DNA of 64,000 nucleotides, taken from Saccostrea echinata (Eukaryota). The translations under genes were made by a program, and so were the position numbers. The notes under the pieces were generated by a model, which was not told the DNA's origin, searched no databases, and saw only the letters and a program-made list of their open reading frames with translations. Within the stretch, counting starts at the first letter, position 1; each line of letters starts with the position of its first letter. Below, piece after piece: positions 23,113-35,500 of this stretch. The stretch lies in contig NW_026889750.1 in NCBI RefSeq assembly GCF_033153115.1, positions 25,792,001-25,856,000 on the forward strand, read 5' to 3'.

Positions 23113-26100
23113 TTTATTACTTCTCACTTTACCTAATGTGTTTACGTTAAAGCGTTTGAACTTTTTTTGAACTATTAATCTAAAACAATTCCAGTATTTA
23201 ATGTGAGCATGTAACCCTGTCTTTGACACATAATCTTTCAATTTTAAGTCTTTTAAAAAGTTTATTATTATTTATTAATTGCTTTAGACATATATCTTAT
23301 CGCATTTCAACAATAACAAACAATACCAAATACATGTAATACATTATGGCATTGTATGGTAGTTTTTATAGATTACACAATCGTCATATACATTGTATCA
23401 TGATTTCATGGAGAATTACCATATCATATACGAAAAAACTTTCTCTCAACTTAAAAGCATAATGGATATATGTCCCAAAGTTACAGAGATCATGGACGTT
23501 GTGAGCACTTAATAATTGTACAAATTTGTATTAAACGACTTCTGTCAGTAATACTTCTTGACATATTTTTAAAGAAGCTTTTCAAAATGCAGGTCGTCAA
23601 CCCCCCCCCCCTTTTGAAATATTTCTAGATCCACTATGTTCACTTAAACACATTCTACACATTCCACTCTCCCTAAGTATTTTATTATGTCGTCCTGTCT
23701 CATAATCAAGATTATAAGATGAAAGCCTAATTCGACTAACTTGAAATGGAGCTGTGCAGTTTTAAACTGACGAAAACTACGCGCCACATTTTTCGTTTCA
23801 CGGGGGGAGGGGGATATTTTCCATTTTCCACTGCATTCTATAGCGGAAAACATGTTTTAACAGAATTACAGAGTAGTCTCTTTTTTTCCAAATAATTATT
23901 GTTTTGAAACTTCGTTTATTTATATATATCATTCAGATATGCCTTTTGAAAATTGAGGTAGGTGACAAAACAGTTCTGAATACATGGTATATAAATCTCG
24001 GCGTTTGACATTTTAGCGGGGGAAAATGGACGTTTTATAGTGAAAAATGTGACATTTAAGCGGAAATTAAAATACATATGGATATATACATACACTGGAT
24101 ATTATATCTATGCCTCTTCCGTTAGCCAGTCGGGCTAAGTTTTCTGCCCCCTGCGGGGGGAGGGGGTAGGATTTTGCGCAGACTTAACAATACTATTCAT
24201 TTCTCAGGATTGTAAAATACAAATCTGTATCTGTATTACATTTCCTCTTCAGGGTTATTATTACCAATGCTGATACCTGCACTTACCTGTATAAATAAAA
24301 ATGAGTTGAGTTTTATTCAATAGTTTTTGCTGTGTCGTCGAAACCTTTGCTAGAGTCGGTAACTTAGAAATTTTAAAGTTCGTCATATTTTGCTGGCATT
24401 ACATTGATTGTTTAAAAAAATAAATTTTAACCGAGAAAAAAAAATCCACAATTTTTTTTTATTGAATTATAACAGGAATTTGTTTTTCTTCACATTAAAT
24501 GCTTTATAATTTTTCCGCTGAAATTAATGTCTATTCACACTTTTGCAGGTCCTTCGCCCACACATCTCCTATTATGTTCATTCATGTATTGTGATTTAAT
24601 TATATACTTGGCTTTACAAAAACGCAATGGGTGTTTGAAAAAATATATATAAAGATATTAAAATATCCAATAATTTTTTTAATCGTAAATATAATTCATC
24701 TATTAGCATTACCAACTGATCAGGCTGCCCTTTGCCGAAAACTCATTTAAAATTTCGGAAATGACACAGCGATTCGCATGACCTCATATTGTATGGATGG
24801 AAGGGTGTCATAAAACAACATGATTGGGTAGGTCAATGTAAACAAGTTTCACACCTTCGCGTTCTTTTGTTTACAAAGAAACAACATAATTACATATAAT
24901 TCCATGGAATGGATTATAGTATTGGTACATGTACATGTATTAAGACCCTATATTGGGGCTTCTTCTAAAGCGATATACGTTTAAAATCCTGCTGCATCGT
25001 ACAACCCGTTAAAAGAAAGAAAAAAAAACCCAAATTATTTGTAAATATTAATTATATATAAAGTTTTTAAAAGGGTGCTTGGATGCCCAGAACGTTTATT
25101 ATGGCCGGAACCAAACTTACGCGGGCCGGAACGTTTATTATAGCCCGGAACCAATATTATAGGTATTTAGCGTTCCGGCCGGAACGCTAAGTTACCCGGA
25201 ACGTAAATTATGCGACAGGGGACCTCAGTTCAATAGCAGCTCAATAGGAGTAACAAAAATGATAAAAAGGGGAAGTAACAAACAGGATTATTTCAAGAAC
25301 AAGACTTAGTCTGTTCAAACTTCTACTTATCGAGATTACATATATGTACAAATTCATGGTTTTTTTTTAAATGGAAACTTTATAATGTTAAATCATCAGT
25401 CTTCTACAACATATTCATTGAGAAAAAAAAAATGAAGACCACTAACAGAAAATTATTGGAGTGAATTGTTCGGTATTCCCAAAGAACTACTGCATTAAAA
25501 CCACAGGAATGGATGCCCGATAAACACATATCAGACCATATATTTGGCGTTTAATTCCCATAGCAAAACATGGACACTGCCATTCTTTCTATAATATTAG
25601 GGATACCCATCTTTTATCTGTAACTCCTCCTATACCACTGAATAAAAATAAATTCCACTTGCACAGAATCTTTATTACATAGTGCCATTGTACATCTCCT
25701 ATTTTGCGTTCTGATCGGACAGACATTTGGGGATTCCCATACGAAAACATGGACTTCTCCACTTCTCCATTATACTCATATGGGAGCGGGGGTGTCATTT
25801 TGTGAGCTCTGTGCTCACAGTTCCTCTACTTTACATTAATATTTGTTTAATTCTTACCATTAGTGTTTAAAGGAATTAATTTTCAAACTAGTCATTCTGA
25901 TTCTTATTCCCCTAAATGGAGCCTGTTGATTCTATACTCTGCTCTTAAGATATGCCTCAATTTTGTTTAAGCTGTATTTATTTGACAAAAGTATGTCAAT
26001 ATTGAAAGAAAAAAAACCTGTTATGACGCAAGATATTTTTTATTGCTTTACTGCACGTCAATCCTTTAATAAGTCTATTATACATTCAAATACAAATTGT

Positions 26101-26468
26101 CATTTCTCAGTGCACAAAAATAGTATCTTATTATTAACAAACTGAATGAAGTATAAAAAAAGGAAGTTAGGATCCTGTTGAGTAAGAGATAACATCCTGA
26201 TTATCGTCATTCACAGAAATACCCAGTACCCAGTATTGTTTAGATGCGTATTAAAAAGGTTATTGCCAACATAAAAAATGTGATGCCATTTAGAATTTAT
26301 TGCGGAAACTAAATATTGGTTACATTAAGTTTAACAGTCCATTGCTTGAACGAAAATTGCATTATTTTTGTTGATGAATATTTTCTCTAATATTATAATG
26401 GACTGTCTTGTTAATGGTTGTTATAAATGAATCTATTGTACAGATAAGTTACATTTTTCATATATGGA

Positions 26469-28240
26469 ATGAAAAAGTGAAGATAACAAAAACTGATCGA
26501 TCTAAAAAATAAATCTACAAACAATACAAATCTGTGTACAGGGTATAAAACACGGATCCCCAAAAATTTCAGAGGTGGGATCAAGTACCTTAGAGGAGTA
26601 AGCATCCCCTGTTGACCGGTCACACCCACCGTGAGCCCTATATATTGATCAGGAAGACGGACATCCCTAGTCAAATTAAGTATGGAAACAAAGGTCTAAC
26701 AATATGAAATACGTCAGTCATAATACGACCAAATGATACGTTATTATAATATTTGTTAACAAGGTCATTATAACGACCATAGAATTTATGAAATGCTGAC
26801 TTTGAACAAGGTTGTTGATATCTCTGTAATATCAACTTATCTGTCAGAAGCCTGCCTGGTTTAAAAATTGTTTGTACTCGGAGCATTTATTGAGTAAGTT
26901 GGGAGACATTAACACCCATCTTTCCAAGTCAAGGGTTTCTGATCCACTCCGCTCCACATAAACTCTTGACCGAATAGATTAAGTTTGACGGGATTTACTA
27001 TCGCGCCGTCTAGTGAGATTACACATTTTTAACTCTACTGACCTCTGTTATTAACCAATCAGAGTAAGCGAATTAAAAGCGAATGCGAGAAAATATTAGA
27101 AGTCGGAAATAAATTCAACATAACATTAACTTAAAAGTTGAGACAAGCCTTCAACTGCCTTTTAGAGACGTTTTTGTTGGGACTAAAACTGGCGCGTTCT
27201 TCTGTTTACGATTTAGTGTCAGGTTAAATAAAACAAAGCTTTTGATTGGTTCATGCAAACTTGAATGAGGCCAATCAGAGAGCGCATTTCTAACCCCGTC
27301 AAAGTGAGTCTATTCTGTCAAGGCTTTATGAGGAGCGGAGTGGATCAGAAACCCTTGATTTGGGAAGATGATAATCACCAAATGCAGCTGGTATGCAGGC
27401 AGAATATTACAAGACATAAAGAATGAAAGTTGACGATGGAAAAGCTGAAGTCATATCGTTTGTCTTACAATTTAGTTATTAGTTGTCCAAATATGAATCA
27501 GATGTTTCAGACTCTGTAGTGTCTTTTATTTCAAGTTCATTTGAATATATCGAGTCGACATATGAATGGAAATTACTATTGTTAATTGATAAAACATCGT
27601 TGATCGAGTTGAATGCCACAGCAAATGTTTTCTTCTTCTTATGTAGAAGTTTTTGAATAAATTCTGCTTCATAGGAATATAAAAACAGGTCGGCTAATAA
27701 AGGAGCATAATTAATGCCCATTGAAAATCCAACGGTTTGTTAAAGGACCTGGTCTCCGAATACTACATAAATGAGGAACTAGCATTCTTTTAGTATCAAC
27801 TTCAGAGTAGTTTTCTGTAGAATCAGAGTGAGTTCTAACAAAGTAATTTTGTTGAAGATCAATAATACGATAAGTTCCGTGTTCCACTTTTATTGAAGAA
27901 GCGGTTGTCAACGATATCAAAAAACTAGTTTTTAATTTATCGTGAAGAATGCATGTATAAAGTGTAGAAAAGTCGTACGTTTTGATGTTATTGACTTTTG
28001 AAACATTTGGCGATTTCAATTTTGTAAAAGTTCTTTGGAGTTTTTGAGAATCAGCATCTGATTTACACCATTTATAGAATATGCTCAGTAACACAGTAAG
28101 TCTGAAGTTTCTCCTTTACAGCAGTTAATATTTTTAAGAAGTAAATATAGGGGCTTGGAAGAGCATTAACTGGACCCGTCAATGTATTTTTGTTTGTAAG
28201 AATTTTTATGAAGGTTAGGAATCCAATATAGGTATAGCAT
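26469..28240 (-). mobile_element. Decayed Penelope-like RT retroelement interrupted by a MITE
   Basis: Frameshifted RT motifs LYWIPNLHKNSYK, KTYDFSTLYT, MGINYAPLLADLFLYSYEAEFIQ, INDVLSINN, YSNELEIKDTT, KFYGRYNDLV, then the conserved 3' tail. Confidence 0.85.
26917..27370. mobile_element. 454-bp MITE with ~75-bp TIRs nested in the PLE
   Basis: catctttccaagtcaagggtttctgatccactccgctccacataaa... / ...tttatgaggagcggagtggatcagaaacccttgatttgggaagatg. Confidence 0.85.
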
Positions 28241-28565
28241 AACAACCCAAGTAAGTAAATACTTGTATATTAATAATATTGCACTATTTTTGTTGAGGAC
28301 TTCAAGTGTACTCGTGAATCAGATCATGATTTGTGTCAATTGTTCACATGCGTCAATTTTTATACTTGCAATTTTATGCTCCCTAAGATCAAGATAGCAT
28401 GCATATTGTTTTGTCCTGTCCTTCTTCCTGCAAAATCTTTAATAGTTGGCATAAACTTTTGGACTATATTTGGTAGAATATCCTAGTTTAGAATCCTTTT
28501 TCAACTAGTCGTGTTCTTCAAATGCACTCGATCAATTCCTTCATCAAACGATGAAGCAGTACTGA

Positions 28566-29872
28566 AACAGTACAAATTGGGAGCAAAGCAAACATGGACC
28601 TCTAAAACATCAGAGGTGGGATTAAGTGCCATGGAGGAGTAAGCTTCCCCTGCCGATCGGTCACACCCGCCTTGTGCTCCTTGTCATGATCGGACAAACG
28701 GAAAAACCCTTAGACAATTCAGTGTGAAAATATTGGCCTAACAATTTGTATGAAAAATATCAGTCAACATTCGACTTAATGATAGATTGTATTTGCTAAC
28801 AAGGTTATTGTATTGATCATAGAATGTGCCAATTGATGACTTTAAGGTTGAACGACCCTCTGATAAAAGAGATAACTTCCCAAGAAAATAATTCCAAGAT
28901 GTCCTATAATTTGTCTTTCCAGAGTTTAGTAACGAAACCATTAGATAGAATCCAATTTATTTAAATAGATAAAACGTCGTCGATATATCTAAATGTCGAA
29001 TTGAAGGCCATAGCAAGAGATTTCTTCTTTTCATGTAGACCTTTTTGAATAAATTCTGCTTCATATGAATATAAAAATATGTTTGTTAATAACGGGGCGC
29101 AATGAATACCCATTGGAATTAAAACAGATTGTTGGAAGACTTGATCTCCAGAAACTACATACTAGTAGATATTGTCAATAAAAAGCTCGTGTGTGTGTGT
29201 TTTTTTAAATATCAACTTTGGAGTTCTTGTGCGTATAATCAGAATGTTTTTTAACAAAATAATTTAACAAATGAACAGTGTCAAGGTAAGAAAACGTACG
29301 AGTTCCATTCCACTTCTTTAGAGTTTTTAAGCATCCTCATCTGATTAACACCACTTCTCGAATATAGTGTTTACAGTACTCCTGAACTTTCTCCTTCACT
29401 GCTGTTAACATTTTGGTGATGTGTAAAGAATGAAGCTTGTGAGTACATTTACTAGAACCCGTTAAGTACAGTGTATCTTTGTAAGGATTTTTATGAAGTT
29501 TAGGAATCCAGTATAGGTATGGTAATTCAAATTCAATTTGATTATTGGGAATGATAAAAATATTTAAAACTGACATATGATTTTGAAGAATTTCCTCCCT
29601 GGAAATGGAACTATGAGTATGAGTTGGATTACCACTTGCAAAATTAAATTCAAGTTCCTCTGAAATACATGTACAATTAAAATAATGAGCCTTACAAACA
29701 AAGGCAATGTTGTTACCTGCTTTGTCAGCTGGAACCAGTACATATTGATTGGGTAATCCTTTCTTTTTTCACTTCTGAGTTATTAAAGACAAAAGGATAG
29801 ATGATTTTCATATTGTCCTTAATCAGCTGTTATAAAAGTGTCGAGGACTTCTTTTTCATTTTTGGCCCACCT
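28566..29872 (-). mobile_element. Decayed, internally deleted Penelope-like element
   Basis: VPADKAGNN, ELPYLYWIPKLHKNPYK, PMGIHCAPLL, FRYIDDVL (gacgatatatctaaa on +), YNNLVSKYN, and the 3' tail at 28566-28730. Confidence 0.8.
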
Positions 29873-29874
29873 AC

Positions 29875-30391
29875 GTTGCTTTTTCAATCGTCAACTTCCC
29901 TTACTTATGCAGCAATATACCTTCATCACCTGCATACGGGGTTTATATCTCTCAGTTGATTCGATACGCAAGAACATGCTCTACGTATGTACAATTTCTA
30001 AAACGAGGTAAATTATTGACAAACAAGTTGATGAAACAAGAATATCAGCAGTCTCGTTTAAAGTCATCATTTCGTAAGTTCTATGGTCGATACAATGACC
30101 TTGTCAGCAAATACAACATATCATTATGTCAAATGCTGACTGACGTTTTTTAAACATATTGTTAGGCCATTACTTACGCACTGAATCTATGGATTTTTCT
30201 GTTTTTTCTCGATCATGACAAGGAGCACACGGCGGGTGTGACCGGTCGGCATAGGGGATGCTAACTCCTCCATGGCACCTAATCCCATGCACCATGATGT
30301 TTTTTTGTGATCCGAGTTTGCTCTGCTCCCGATTTGTATTGTTTAAATGGACTTTTGAACTTAAAAACTGTTAGTTATCTCCATTTTTCAT
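29875..30391 (+). mobile_element. Inverted 3' segment of the same Penelope-like element
   Basis: FSIVNFPYLCSNIPSSPAYGVYISQLIRYARTCSTYVQFLKRGKLLTNKLMKQEYQQSRLKSSFRKFYGRYNDLV, plus the 3' tail ending gttatctccatttttcat. Confidence 0.85.
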
Positions 30392-30945
30392 GCTATTGTT
30401 GTTGATGAAAATCAATTTTGGGAATTGAATTAAAAAAATAGTGAAATTTAGAGCAGAGGGATGTTTCACCTTAAAAAGCCTATGATTTGAAATATCCATT
30501 ATCACAGATCGTGCTTGTATTCTGGTGTCGAAGAATTCAATATGGACTTTCATTGGCCTTTTACATTTTGCAAAAAATTGTATTTAACCATTAACTATTT
30601 CTTAGGTATGAAATAAAGTGAGATAAATGCATTTAACAATATACTCCTACCTAGGTGTACCCTTAACCTCATGATTTTACAAATGCAGTTTCAGACCTGA
30701 GAAGGTCAAGGAATATTACAAAAAATGCACTTTGCTATTTTTATTTTATAAAGAAGGTACATGTATTGATGTTGAAAAACCAGTTTTGAGTTATCAGTTA
30801 CATTGCACGTAAAACGTAATCACGATCTTTTAATAAGTTTGAATATTTCATCTGTAAATGGAATTGAAAAGTATTAGAGATCAAATATGTCACACTGTGA
30901 CCTATTTACATTTATAATTAGTTTCGTTATTGGCAAGGTATTTAT

Positions 30946-31105
30946 TTAAGGAATGAATTTAATAGCTACGCAAGTTATACATGTACTGTGTAACCTGGAT
31001 TGAGACAGTTTACGCTTTGTAAACCGCGAAGCGGTTTTAAAAGAGTCGTTAACTGTTCCAACCCAGATTATACAAATATACCTGGGTAGTTATTCATTCC
31101 TCATA
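30946..31105. repeat. ~160-bp imperfect palindrome, probably the terminus of a non-autonomous DNA element
   Basis: aggaatgaat...acagtttacgct..taaaccgc-gaa-gcggtttta..agtcgttaactgt...attcattcct. Confidence 0.5.
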
Positions 31106-32543
31106 ATTTAATTTCCTAACACAAAGTGTTAAAATAAATAGAAAACCATTCCCCCTTGAATATGACTTCATATTGTAAAAAAAAAAAAATCAAATGGAAC
31201 GTTTTATAGATTGATATTTTTATGTCCACCATATTGTGACGTAGACAACACAGTTATACGATATGAACCAATTTTTCAGCCTATAAAATGGCGCATTACA
31301 ACCAGAATTAATTTTTTTTTAAATTTCAGAATAATGATTAAAACGGAACTTAAAATTCAGTTGAAAGATCAGCATATAAACCATTAATCATTGATGGTGA
31401 TTTTTGACATACATCACTGGTATCATCATTGTATTTTCCCCGGATTTTAAAGATTGTCCCTTGCTTTTTCACGGTTAATCCTAATCCTAGCCAAAAAGAA
31501 CAGAGAATAAATTAATCAACAACGCTGTTTACTATCAAATGCTATACACAATGCGTAAACATGTAAACACTTACAGTGAATGTTATTTATACATACCAAT
31601 CATCTTAAAAAGATGAGGTAATGCCAGTCCTGATCGGGTATCTTATCACGGACAAACAGACGAGTATAAGTACGCGTGAATTTGAAAGGGCATTAATAAC
31701 TGAATATGCGTGCCAAACACGAAAAGCAGACAAAAAGATTGACAAAAGGACATACAGGACAAAACGCGTCCCTGGTCTTCGATATTTGTGAGAAAAAAAG
31801 CAAAATAGGTTATAAACATACATATTCATACGAGTACCTAATACAATCTTTTATATATTGTATATAAATTATCAACTTCATATGCTTTTTGTTTTTCATA
31901 CATGCTGGTCATTTTCTCAACTGCTGTCTTTCTAATTACAGTATTTGGAAAATTACCCAAGGGGAAACTTTGACCCAAGTGTCAAATCTTTTTTCTCCAA
32001 AGTCTTGGGTTGAATTTAAAACAAGCTAAAAAAAAAAACTGATATTCACATTCTTTACTGTGTTACGTACATTGGCCGAAATTTATTCTACTTAGAATCT
32101 TACGAACTCGTACCTTCTTCAGAACTATTTCTAGATTTTCTTAATTAATGAAGTAAATGTTACATGATATTTTAAAAATTACCGAATTTACAATTTTACA
32201 AATTTACAAAAAGTTACCACAAAAAGAAAAATCTGTCCATCTTTATCTGTTAAAATGTACAGCTCCGCAGAAATGCAGAGTCCTTGCAAACTTTTATATC
32301 ATATAACAGTGTATATATTTAGTTTCCTTAATGCTGGCTTACATACTGGATTTTAACTAGCTAGGTGGGGTGCATTTTGTTGTTATCTTTAATACTTTCG
32401 TTTGTAAAAAAAAAAAAAAAACGAGGAAAATGAATAATTGGTACTCAAGATCAAGGTTATCAAGAAAAAGTTTTTTTCTCATTCAAACATTCATACAAAA
32501 TGTCATAATTCAAACACTCTCACAGAAATTACAGTTCATGTAT

Positions 32544-35500
32544 TTAACCCTGATTACCAAATCTTCCCTGAAATTTTCTGCGTGTTCCTTGTTCTTGGTT
32601 TTGGTTATTATTTTGCCCACGGTTATTTCTTCTTCGTCCTCCCTGTCCCCTGTTGTTTACAGGCGGATCAAGACTGCCACCACCCTGACTTCCTGGGGCA
32701 GTATTAGTAGAAGTGACATTTCCAAGAACGTCAGCAGGATTTGGGATTTTGAACCCAACGTTAGTTGGTGGTGTGCTTGTTTGAGAAGTGGAACCACCTC
32801 TAGCAGCGTTTCGCTGAAAAGCTCCTTGAAAAGAAGGAAATCTGCCACTGCTGCTGGTGCGTCTGCCTCTCAGTAAAGTAAGTTGCTCAGCAAATGGACG
32901 AATGTCATAACCAAGGTTATATCTATTCAATATTTGGCTGCAAGGCCGTAGGTAATTTCTACAATGAAAAAAAAATAGAAAATTTTGTTTTGAAAGTTGA
33001 TATATAGGAAACTGTTTCTAAAAAAAATCTTTGATTCAGTTTTTTTTTCTTTAAGAATCATATTCTTGACTTCCGAAACTGCAAATAAATATTATGTAAA
33101 TAACAAGTTTCGATTGTTCCATATTTACACTAGGTCTTCTGAAAAATAAAAGATTAGAAAAAAATGTCTGCAAACGTTTGGCACAACGGAGTACTCACCC
33201 AGAGATGTCTGGTCGTAAAAGTAGCCGAGGCTGATATTGTTTAAAACCATCATCTTTGACGACTGAACATAAAATTTTGGCCATAGTTATTTGTTTCAGT
33301 TGATAAAGTTGTCCTGCAAAAGAAAAATACAAGAGAGTTTGGATTTGTAATAATTATATTACTACAAACTACTATATTTGAGTATGTTATCATTTACGCC
33401 AATGATCAGTGGAAAAAAAAATACGTGATTTCTAGATAAAGACAAAAGATTTCTTGTCAAACATTAAACTTAAATTTTAACAATTACAGTGCAGAATGAA
33501 GAAAATATATAGTAACTGTAAATCTCTTTTTATTCGCGAGAATTTTATTTTTGCGAAATTACATGACATCATCTGCTCGCGAAAAAATTAATTCTCGCTT
33601 ATATTTTTATTATTGAAGATTAATTACAACGATAACCAGAATTCGTGAAAATTCCGTTTCGCTCATAAACACCAAATAACTCTCTGGCGAAAATAACGTG
33701 TCGCTAAAATTTGATAATCTTAGTAAAAGTGTAGAAATTTTCAATAAAAAAAAGTGTATGTCTGATGTCTGCAGTTCAATACAAAATTCATTCACAGCGT
33801 GTCATATTGATGGCTCACAGAAATCAGACTTATAACTGTTATGAATGGTCGTCTTTTGTTCTACTGACCTGTAGTAAAGGCGGTCAAGGAATTCTCGTGT
33901 ACATCGTTTTCGTACCAGAACCTGTCTCCATGCTTGTACAGAGCGAACTGGTAGGCCAAGAGACAGGAAAAGGTGGGTCCAAGGATGCCGCCATAAATAG
34001 GTCTCTCAGATATTCCGCCGGCAAAAAGGTCAATATCATCAGTGCTTCTACAGAACAATACAGAAAAGATTGTTTATGTATCTGCATTGTATCATCTTTT
34101 AGTTCACTGAATGTTAGAAATTGAAATTCTGTTTAATACAACGATTAAATGATCCATAATTAAACTATAATTAATGATTCAGTGGCTTGAAAATTAAAAC
34201 TATTGCAATCGTTGTTTTATATTTGGTTCTTTTTTTATTTGTTTCTGTTTTGGGGGAGGGGGAGAATACTCTCAATGCTTATTATAATAAAATTCGTTAA
34301 AGGAGCGTTTTCTGACTAAAGTTGTAGTGGCGACGAGGGTGGAACGCGTTAACTATACAATGTATGAGATATACCTGTAAACAGCAGCGAGGTTGGCAGC
34401 ATCCTGTGGGGAATGATCTTCCAAACCACCAGGTGAAGTACCAAAGTGAGAGGCTGGATATCGTCCACAGAACTGTCTGTAGGCATTGTAAGATGGAAGT
34501 CCGTGCTCACGACCGCGCTGAATGTTTAAAGCTCCAAGGTCAAAAGACGTTGTTTCAGTGGGATACTGACCAGGGGGACCCTCAAAAAGTCTGTTTCTGA
34601 GTCCGTCTACGATGCTGCTGTCAGATCGAGACTTCGGAGATTTAGCCATCCAGCGAGCCATAAATTCGAAGCCATTTGCTGGAGAAAACATGAGATCTGG
34701 ATTTTCAAAATGATTGCTTAGAGGAAAGGTTTGTATTTGCTGACGTCCATTGTCATGCCCAACAATATTTCTGACCAAAGAGTGACCCATACGTAACACT
34801 GCAGCACCAAAGGCATTAAAAGTTCTGGGGTCGACACTTGGGTTGTAAACGTTGCTATCGTGGCCAAATTGTCTGGAGCGAAGGTTGAAATAATTCATGT
34901 GGGTGTTGTCAAGGACTGCTGGTAAGAATTCGTTGTAAGTCACATGTTGAAGCTCGGCAACAACTATTCTCTTTGCCTCCTGGAAGAGGACCTCATCGTC
35001 TGTGATACCTGTGGATGCCCGTAAGGCGTCTGCTATGAGATTATGACGTCGTGCCCAAATCGTATGCATAACTGTCAGTGTAGGCGTTTCACTTGGTCTA
35101 TGATCACCTGCACAAACCAAAAACTCATTATTATTTTAGTTACTGATTTTTCTTTTTAAATACAAATATTTCAGGCATTGAATTGGTACAAAACGACACT
35201 AAACTGATTATGAAAGACGTTGTAAAGTGGTATGGATTATGAGAGAAAACAAAAACGATGCTGTTTCTTTCATTTTACAAGCACAAGCAAAATGTTTTTA
35301 GAATGACCAGCCATGACACAGTGTATTTTAATGACTGAAAGAAAATATTTAGAAAGAGAGTTAGAATTCAATGTGTTTTCAATCATCGGAATGTCCTGTC
35401 TAGAAACCAACCTGCTATAAAACAGTGATATTGAGTAGATATTCCCAATGGACAGTTTGCACGAGGAAGTAGATCTTGGACTAAATCACTCATTCTTAAT

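Larger units (their letters stand above)
19872..25217. mobile_element. 5.3-kb non-autonomous DNA transposon with TGT..ACA ends and a 4-bp GGGG flank (Ginger-like)
   Basis: TIR tgtcgcataatttacgttccgg (19872) / ccggaacgtaaattatgcgaca (to 25217), with ~100-bp subterminal gttccgg/ccggaac repeats and gggg on both sides. No transposase ORF. Confidence 0.75.

Noticed and set aside
30209-30290. SECIS element in the PLE tail (some PLEs are reported to encode selenoproteins)
   Set aside because: ATGA is present but there are no correctly spaced apical AA and GA quartet partner, and the ORFs are too decayed to judge in-frame TGA.
32370-32876. + strand ORFs overlapping the last peroxidase exon (also 11568-11864 and 13162-13446 over the GPCR)
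   Set aside because: They are antisense shadows of real coding exons with no independent features.
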